Source: a virus. From it: a stretch of DNA of 64,000 bases. Shown piece after piece: positions 51,702-60,700 of this stretch. Under the pieces are notes generated by a model. That model saw nothing but the letters and a program-made list of their open reading frames with translations, searched no databases and was not told where the DNA came from. The first letter of the stretch is position 1. Every line of letters begins with the position of its first letter. Both the position numbers and the translations under genes were made by a program. Location of the stretch: the IMG/VR virus record IMGVR_UViG_3300045988_180769, positions 1 to 64,000 of that record; one strand, written 5' to 3'.

Positions 51702-54700
51702 TTACCAGATTAATTTATAACCATAAAAAGTTGTTGGTAACTTTCCTGATATGGCTGGATTTGAATATGATGGGTATGCAAAAGAAATATAAGAATCTCC
51801 ATTCCAAGATAAAACTTCATAAACAGATGGTCTATATACTTCTGATAATCCCCCTGCAACAGATTGATTATATGTACCCTCCATATTAATCTTATCTCCT
51901 GAGCCACCTAAAGATTTCCAAACTCCTTCTACATCGCTATATTGCCAACATGAAAATGATTTTGGATTATTTCCTTCTGCATATGATGTATTTTGAAATA
52001 ATGCTCCAAAACAACCTGCTGTTCCACTTATAAATAAAATCATTTTTGTACCTGACTTTGAAAAAATAATTTCTTGAACATAATAAGAAGCCATTTGACT
52101 TCTTAAAAAAGCTGTATGTTCTGTGTTCATATAAGTTTGTGAATCAACAATAAACCCATTCGCATTAATAATAACATTTCCATTATAATAATAAGAATAA
52201 AGTCCTTTTGCATATCCAAATAAAGTTGGAGACCCTTTTGGAACAAAAAACATCCATGTACAATTAGAATTGATCCAACAATTAGCACCAAGATTTGCTT
52301 GAATTACAGAAACTTGATTATCATAGTATGAATAGTTTGTTGAATTGTTAACTTGTAATGTTCTATCGTATTTTATACAAGAGAGTTTCCATGCTGTTAG
52401 TGCTGAAGCCTGGTCCAAACCCAATGCTAAAGTCACAAAGTATGTATTATCTTCGTAAGCCTTCATAAACTTATAATAAGAAGTTGTTGTATTCACACTA
52501 CCACTCATGTTTATAAGCGTATTGGAGGGTACATAATTATGTAATGTTGCTACGAAAGATTTTGGTTCAAAAGAGGGTGATATGATTATTTCACCTGACT
52601 CCACTGTATTATGACCAAGTACTACACCACCAATGCAAGAATAACTATTTAAACAGCCAAAATTACTAAAATAGTTATTTGGATTAGATGAAGTTCCGAA
52701 TGTTGTATTTATTATTAATCGCGATAAACACTGTTGATGATTGATATTATACATAAGTGTAAATGTTGCAATCGCAATTTTTGGCAAAGATTCCTGAGGT
52801 GATGCTGTGAACATATACAGAATACATTTTTCAAAAGTTCCCCAAGCACCAGATGTTTGGCTTGAAATCTCATGAAAAATCACTTTTGATTTCATTATAT
52901 TCTGATCATACATAGATAAACTTAACTGTTCTGAATATTGTCCAATATTTGAAGTATTCACAGCTGCCATATCAAATTGTCCAAGATTAAAGAAACCTCG
53001 ACTTGAATAAAAGTTAGCGCAACCAACTGATGGGATTTTATTCGAAGGTAAATTATTATAATCAAGAGGAACTACATAGGCTGAACTGTTACTTGGTTGA
53101 GAATAATAAGGATTATAACTTGGACCAATTCCTGTATATCTTCCATAACTATATTGATTACCTGCTGCATAATCATACACTTTTTGCACCCAACCATTAT
53201 TGCCAATATACATAGCTCTTACTTGTACACTTTGATCAATATTAAAGTTCCATACAGCAGGATATGTTGTGGTAACTGGATAATCACCTGAACTTGCACC
53301 TGTGCCCCATCCAGTTACCAATCCTCCTAACTGTAAGTAATAAGCTCCTGGTCTAATAACAATCGATACTGTACCTGCAGAATTCGTTGTTCCTGAATAA
53401 TTTATTGTGCTTTTGTTCGTAGATAATTTTACTGCACAATTAGCTGCAACCAAAGATGTATTATCCTCTCTCACTACATTAAATGTAATCGTAGCTTCAC
53501 TTGGTACGAGCTTAATTGTAAAGTTCGTAGTATTGGCATTAGTTGTCTCTAATGAATCATATTTGGAAGCACTTACTTGGTATCTGTTCGTAAGTCCTGA
53601 TACATAAACTGTTGCCTGTCCTGATGCATTTGTTGTAACAGTTTGTGGTGCGTAACCACCTGAAAAGGCACCTGAAATTGCATTACTACCATTAAGACCA
53701 TACATCTTTATTGTCGCTCCACTTACTGCAGCATTTGTTAAACTGTTTTGAACAGTCACTACAATCGTCTTTATCGCAACAGATGTAAATGCATTTGATT
53801 CTGCAGTTGGAACATTACTGAAATTATATGTAGGGGTGATAACATAAGGAGTTTCAGTTGTAGTTGCTCCTGTTACGAAGTAATTTGCAACTTTTGCCAC
53901 TACTGTTGTCGCAATACCTGCAATCCAAGTATAAGTTCCTAAATAAGAAACAGCTTCACTATTGGAAAGAGTTACTGTAGTTGCAGTACCTGCTGTTGTA
54001 TAAACAGGTTTCATATAAGTATTTATTGCCCACCAACCTAACGCAGAACCATACTTAATTCTAAAAAACGATCCAATAGATCTTGTCAATCTTGAAGCAT
54101 TGTGTGTTGATGCTGCAGTTGGCATATTAATGTTTGCACTACCAGCGACCCAATAACTTGTTCCTCCTCCCCATCTTACTATGTATGTACCAGTAATCAT
54201 TGGTCCAAAACTTACTTGACCTGATGAATTAGTACTTCCACTGAATGTAATAGTAGAAAGAGTTGTATTTGTTAATGTAACTGGACAGCCATTTGTATTT
54301 CCTTTTATGACTCCTTGATATACATCTTTAATCGTAATCGTAATCGAAGAAGTTGCTTCACTCAATATAATATTTACTGGAGAAGCAGTACCTGCAGCTA
54401 ATTGTGCAGATCCTGAAACATAATTTGTTTTTGAATAGGAATAAGTTCTTGTTACAGCACATCCACTTCGTAACAAAGATACATTTCCTGAAGAGTCTGT
54501 TGTTCCAGTTTGACCCAACATTGTTAATGTAACACCACTTAAATTTCCACCATAGTTTTTACTCTTTACATTAAAAGTTATTCTTGTGGAAGCAGTTAAA
54601 TTCATTGTCCAACCTTCACCTTCAGTAGTCCATGTATGAGTCTGTGTGGCATTGCTATAATAACTTGCATAGTTCTTAGGAGTATAAGTGTAAACAAGGC

Positions 54701-57700
54701 CTGCATAGACTGTATTTGATTTTTGACCATTTCCATCTAACGTTAGATCTGCATTTCCTCCAGTACTTGTTCTCGACATCACAGTAGAAGCCAATCTATA
54801 ACTATTCGATCCGATAACTTCATTCACTGTTAATGTTACAGTTACTGTTGTTCTCAGCATTGTAATCGTATATGGACTTGTCTGAGCTGCTGTCACAGTT
54901 CCTGAATAAGGATTGAAATATGTAGCTGTTCCTGTTAATGGTTTATCTAATCCACTTCGATAAAAGAAAACATATCCTTCTGATGTCGTTGTTTCTTTTT
55001 GACCAAAATAAACTAAATTCGCCCCAGGCAACACTGTACTCGCTGGTACATTTGAAACAACATTTACTCTTATTGAATTATTACATTTCAAACTTATCAA
55101 TGCCACCTGACCTGACGAAGTAAAGGTAATCGCATTATCTGGATTACTATAATAATTTCGATAATCAACTACACCAAAAGTAATTGGAGTTCCAAGATAA
55201 CAAGCGAAAGTTACATTTCCTGCTGTATCTAATGTCAATGGACTTGTAGAAGCTGCAGGTGTGAAAGTCATCTTCTTTGATGGATAAACAGATACTGGGT
55301 TGTACGAACCATTACTTGGCGTTGCCTTTCTTGTTAATGTCACTGCTGAACCACCACTATTATTATAGATAGTGATATTATTATTCCCATTTTGGAAAGA
55401 ATAGTCAGAATGACGAGATACCATCTTATCATATGTACATGCTCTCTGGATAATGGTTCCTGCTGTAGAACTTGTAAAATTATTTCCTGTTATATCATAA
55501 ACAGTTGCCAATCCTAATTGCCACGCCACAGGTCTTGTTGTTCCTTGTAAAACAAAGAAGAATGTTGATGAAAATGTTCCAGTAGAGTATGTTCTTATAT
55601 AATACATGTATAAACCCCAATCTCCTGTACCTGCAGTTCCAGTTAACCATCGTGATACTGCACTATCTCCAATTGCATTCGTATGAAAAGAAATACTATA
55701 TCCAGTAGGAACTTTTGCATAAAAATATGCTACATATTCTTTATTTGCAGCAGTTGGGAATGAATATGTAAATCCTCCTAAACCAGGACTTGTACTTCCA
55801 CTTGCTGCAGTCGCAATTTCCAAACAATAACCACTATGAACTAATGTAGCTTCTTGTACACTTAAAGTGACATTCGCAGATAAACGAGAAAGAACAACAT
55901 TCACTGTTCCAGTAGTTCCTGAACCAATCTGCCCAGATGTTCCTGTATGATATGTAGCTGAAACTTGATATTCTCTTCCTGGAACGCCTCTATAGAAACT
56001 TACATTACCACTCGAATCAGTCACACCAGCCTGTCCAAAGAAAGTTACATTCGCACCACTCAAATTAGTCCCTGATGGAATATTTGATTTAATATTGAAT
56101 GTAATTCGAGCTGTAATATTCAATGTCATTTTGAAAGTTTGATTCGCAGCAGTGAAAGTATAAGTTTGTGTTGGATTGCTATACCACGAAGGCGCTTCTT
56201 GTACTGTAAATGTTGTTGGCGTTCCAAGATATGCTGTAAATGATACAGTACTGTTTGCATTCAATGTAACACTGCTTCCACTTGTAAGTGGTGAAACAGT
56301 TATAGGTCGATTTGGGTAACTATAATCTGTTGTTGCCCCTGGATATCTTTCAACCACCTGTAAAGTTACAGTAGCAGTCTTTCTTGTCAATACAATATTG
56401 AATGGAGATGCAGAAGTTGATAATATTGTTCCGCTATAACCATTTATATAAGAACTGTCGCCTACAGTTATTGACTTATCCAATCCACTTCTATAGAAAG
56501 ATGCGTTTCCTGAAGCATCTGTGGTTTTCGTTTGATTGAAATATGTCACGCTCATATTTGCAGCGACATTTCCAGTTGGAACATTTACTTTAGTATTTAC
56601 CACAATCTGTTTTGCACAAGTCAATGACATCGTCTGTGATTGACCTTCACTTGTATATGTGAATGATTGAGATGGATTACTATAAAAATCAGTATTTTCT
56701 GTTACACTAAATGTTATCGCTGTTCCAAGAATACCACTGAATGAAACATTTCCTGAAGAATCTGTTGTAATATTTCCAGTAGATGAACCTGCTGTCCATT
56801 TAATCGTTTTACCAGCGTAAGCAAATGTTCCTGTGACTCCTGGAATTGTTTCTACTACTTTCAATACAATAGGAGTTGTTGCTCTTATCATTGTAATATT
56901 GAAAGGGGAAGATTGTGCTGCAGTCAGGGTCGTTGATAATGTATCAAAATATGTCGCAGAAGAAGAAAGGCTTTGATTCAAACCACTTCTTAAGAAAGTC
57001 GCATTTCCAGATGCATCTGTTGTCTTTGTCTGATGGAAATACGATACAGATGCTCCTTGAATATTTGTACTCGCAGGAATATTTGATTTAACATTTACCA
57101 CTACATTTGCAGAACAAGTTAAATTCATCACCCATGACTGTCCTGATGCTGTGAATGTATGAGCTTGACTGGCATTACTGTAATAGTTCGAATAATTCGT
57201 TGGAACAAATGTATAAGAAATTCCAAGATAATAAGTACCACTGACTAATTGTCCATTAGCGTTTAGATCATGAGAAGATCCTGTTATCCCTGGTCTTGAA
57301 ATTGTAATTTTGCTATTCGCCAATGGATAGTTTGTTCCTGAAATCGTTTCATTTACTGTTAAAAGCGCAGTAACAGCAATTCTTGTCAATGTCACTGTAA
57401 GTGGTGATGTTTGAGCTGCTGTAATTGTTCCAGAATAAGGATTGAAGTAAGAACCATTACTTACACTTAATCCTTGTGTTAATCCACTTCGATATAATGA
57501 AACTGTACCATCGCTCGCTGCTGTTCCTGTTTGATTGAAATATGTAACTGTTGCTCCACCTAAATTAGGATCGGTTACATATATGTCTGTTATGGCTTTA
57601 ATCGTTATTTTTGCTGAACAAGTTAAATTCATTGCAAACGATTGACCTGCTGCAGTATATGTATGAGATTGAGTTGGATTGGAATAAAACTCAGGGTGCA

Positions 57701-60700
57701 ATACAACTGCGAAACTTATTGGAATGCCTAAGTATGCATCAAAAGATGCTGTACCTGTCGCGCTTAATGTTAATGTCCCATTTCCTGCTGCAGATGTATA
57801 ATTGATCGTCATTCCATTATAAGCAAACGATCCAGTCACTCCTGGAATAACCTCTGCAACACTAATTGTTACTGTTTGCTTAATTCTATATAGCAATACA
57901 TTTACTGGAGAAGTAGTTGTAGGAGTTATAGTTCCTTGTTTAGTATCGTATCCACTATCATCTACACTATAATCTTTTGTTAAAGCAGAACGATATAAAA
58001 CAGCGTTTCCTGATGCATTCGTTGTTACTTGTTGTGAATTCCAAGTTACTGTTGCTCCTTGTAAATTAGTACCAGCATATTGATCTTTTACATTAAATGT
58101 GATTTGAGCTGATACGTTCAAATTCATTGGCCAAATATATCCATCCTCTGTCCAAGTATAAGTTTGTGTTGGATTTGAATAAAAGTTTGGATAAGCATCT
58201 GTTGTAAATGTATATGGTAGCGTTTTGATCAATGTCATATTTGCATATCCATTCTCATCTAAGGTAATTGTAATTTCACCTGCCTTAGATGTCATTGTAA
58301 GAGTTTGGTCTGCTAAATAAGCACTTCCATTTGAACCAAAAATCTCTGACACCTGAATACCAGCATTAATCAATTCATACTTAACCTCAACATCAATAAC
58401 TGTTCCAGTAGAAGTTTGAGGATGAAAGAATGTTCCAGTTGTGATTTCACCAGCCAAAACTGCGTAACTGTAATTTCCAGTAAATACATCTGGAATAATT
58501 GTTAAACCATTTACATCAGTTGTTCCTTCATAAACAAGTGTTGACTTATCTTCATTGGTAATTCTTACTATGATTCCTTCTGGTGCTATAATACCTCCTG
58601 TAGAAACATTGAATGTAACTGGAAAGACTTGTGCTTTCAATGTAATATCCATTCTTGTTTCACTTCCAGTAGGAGTAAATGTCAATGTCGTTGTATCATA
58701 ATATTGAGCGCTTACTGTATAATTCATCGATATTGGTGAAAGATACATATAAACTATTCCATCACTATCTGTAGTTTGAGTTTGATCAACACTCATTCCT
58801 TTGAAGACAACAGTTGCTCCTGTTAATTCTCCATATTGATCACTTGTAACATAAACAGGTATTCTTTTTGAACAAGTATATGTTAAAATAGGAGTTTTGG
58901 CATCTGTGTTATTAAGTTTTACTACTGCTCCATTACCTTCATAAAAAACAACTGGTTGTACCTCAAATCTCTCAGGCAAACCAGCATAAATTGTTTTTGT
59001 GAATTGACCACTCGCGTTGGTCGTAACATTGGGTCCTGATGAAGTACCATTTTCATTGTAATAACATGCTAATACAAGACCAGCTTTGACAGGATTCGCT
59101 GTGGACGATATTAATGGCAGAATTTCTTTTACTGTCGCTGTGATAGAGAACGATCTTCTCGTAGCAATAATGCTCGTTGTTTTTTCTGTAGGTAGATAGA
59201 TATCTTTTGTTGCGACCTCATAATTTCCATTTGCATCTCCAACAGTGATTTTATAATTTCCAGGTGGAATATTAAATGTTCCATTTCCAAGAGTATTCAA
59301 TACACCATTGGCATTCGTTGTCCCTGTAAATGTATATTGTTGACTTGGTGTCCCACCCCAAGTACTTGATACTGTTACAGGACAAGATTCTGCAACATGA
59401 TTATATGGAACAGTATTACTTACTGTTAGATTAAATGTGATCTGTTCATATGTTAATACGAGATCAATATAATCATTCGTCAATGGAGGAGTAAATGTTC
59501 CAGTCAATACATTATGATCGGGGAATGTACAAGTGTAACCCATTGTTAATGGAGTAATATATACTTTCGCTGAACCATCTGATCCTGATGTAACAGTTTG
59601 ATCTAAACTCATTCCTGTTACAACTATCTCTGCACCTTCCAATGGTCTTAATGTATTTGCCTGTTTTACTCGAAGTTCTAATTGTTTAGAAGCTGTGATT
59701 TGCATATCAACAGGAAAATTTCCTTCGAAATTCCATGACATTATAAATAATCCATTGTTTGTATAGAAACCAGCTTCTGTGATTGTAAATTCATAAGAAA
59801 CTCCTGGAGTTATATCTGGAAAAATTGCTCCATTTTCATTAGTAGTATATTGCTTTGTTGTTCCATCGACAGTATTCTTTGCAGTTACCTTTAATCCTGA
59901 TTTAACTGGCATAAAACGAGAAGACTTTTGTTGAGTCAACTTTATATTTCCAGTTGATTGACTAACTTCTGTTGTAACTGTTAAATCAATATAACATTCT
60001 CTTGGTGTCGCGTCCCTTTTTAGTTCAACATTTTCAGCTACATTTATCTGAGTTCCTTCTAAAGTAGCAAATGGACTGGGTATGGGGATAATGTTTATAT
60101 CTAATCGAGCACCACCTAACAATAACCAATCGTATTCGACATTCAAACCTCCATCTTCTGGTCTTCTAAAAGTTTGAACCAAATCTCTCATGTCAAAAGA
60201 AATAGCACTGTTTGGAACAAGAATACTTTCAGGCATTCTTAAAACATAATAAAAACCATCATTTCCTAAGGCTTCTACTGATTTTACTCCTGATACTTTA
60301 ACTGTATCTTCATCTCCACTTACTCCTGGAATAAACTCTGTTAAATCAACTTCTGTATTAATGTCTTTTCTTTTCATTGTAAATGGCACCTCAATATCTT
60401 TGAGCTTTTCTAATGTAACATCTTGTGTCACTGAAATATACCATTTGTGAGTTGCAGTCCAAGTATAATCATCAGCCTCTGCTGATAAGGTTACTTGACC
60501 TAAAGCATTCGTTACTCCTGAAGTAACTTTCTCCATTGTACCTTTATTTACAAGATCAATGTTCACTCCTTCAATTACTTCTCCAGTTAATTGATCTGTG
60601 GCAATGAAAGTTACTTCTGTATCTCGAATTTGAATATAAATTGTTTCAACTACATCCTGATCTTTAATAGTAACTGTTCCAGTATATCTCTTATAATTAG

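Noticed and set aside
51710-51907. 65-aa minus-strand ORF nested at the 3' end of the giant gene
   Set aside because: It is an alternative frame of the 3766-codon ORF, with no independent evidence.
54370-58380. The periodic ~495-nt DNA repeat as a non-coding satellite or CRISPR-like array
   Set aside because: The periodicity lies entirely within one open reading frame, and the repeats are conserved at the protein level (the FYSNPTQ landmark and beta-sandwich pattern) more than at the DNA level. It is a coding domain array.
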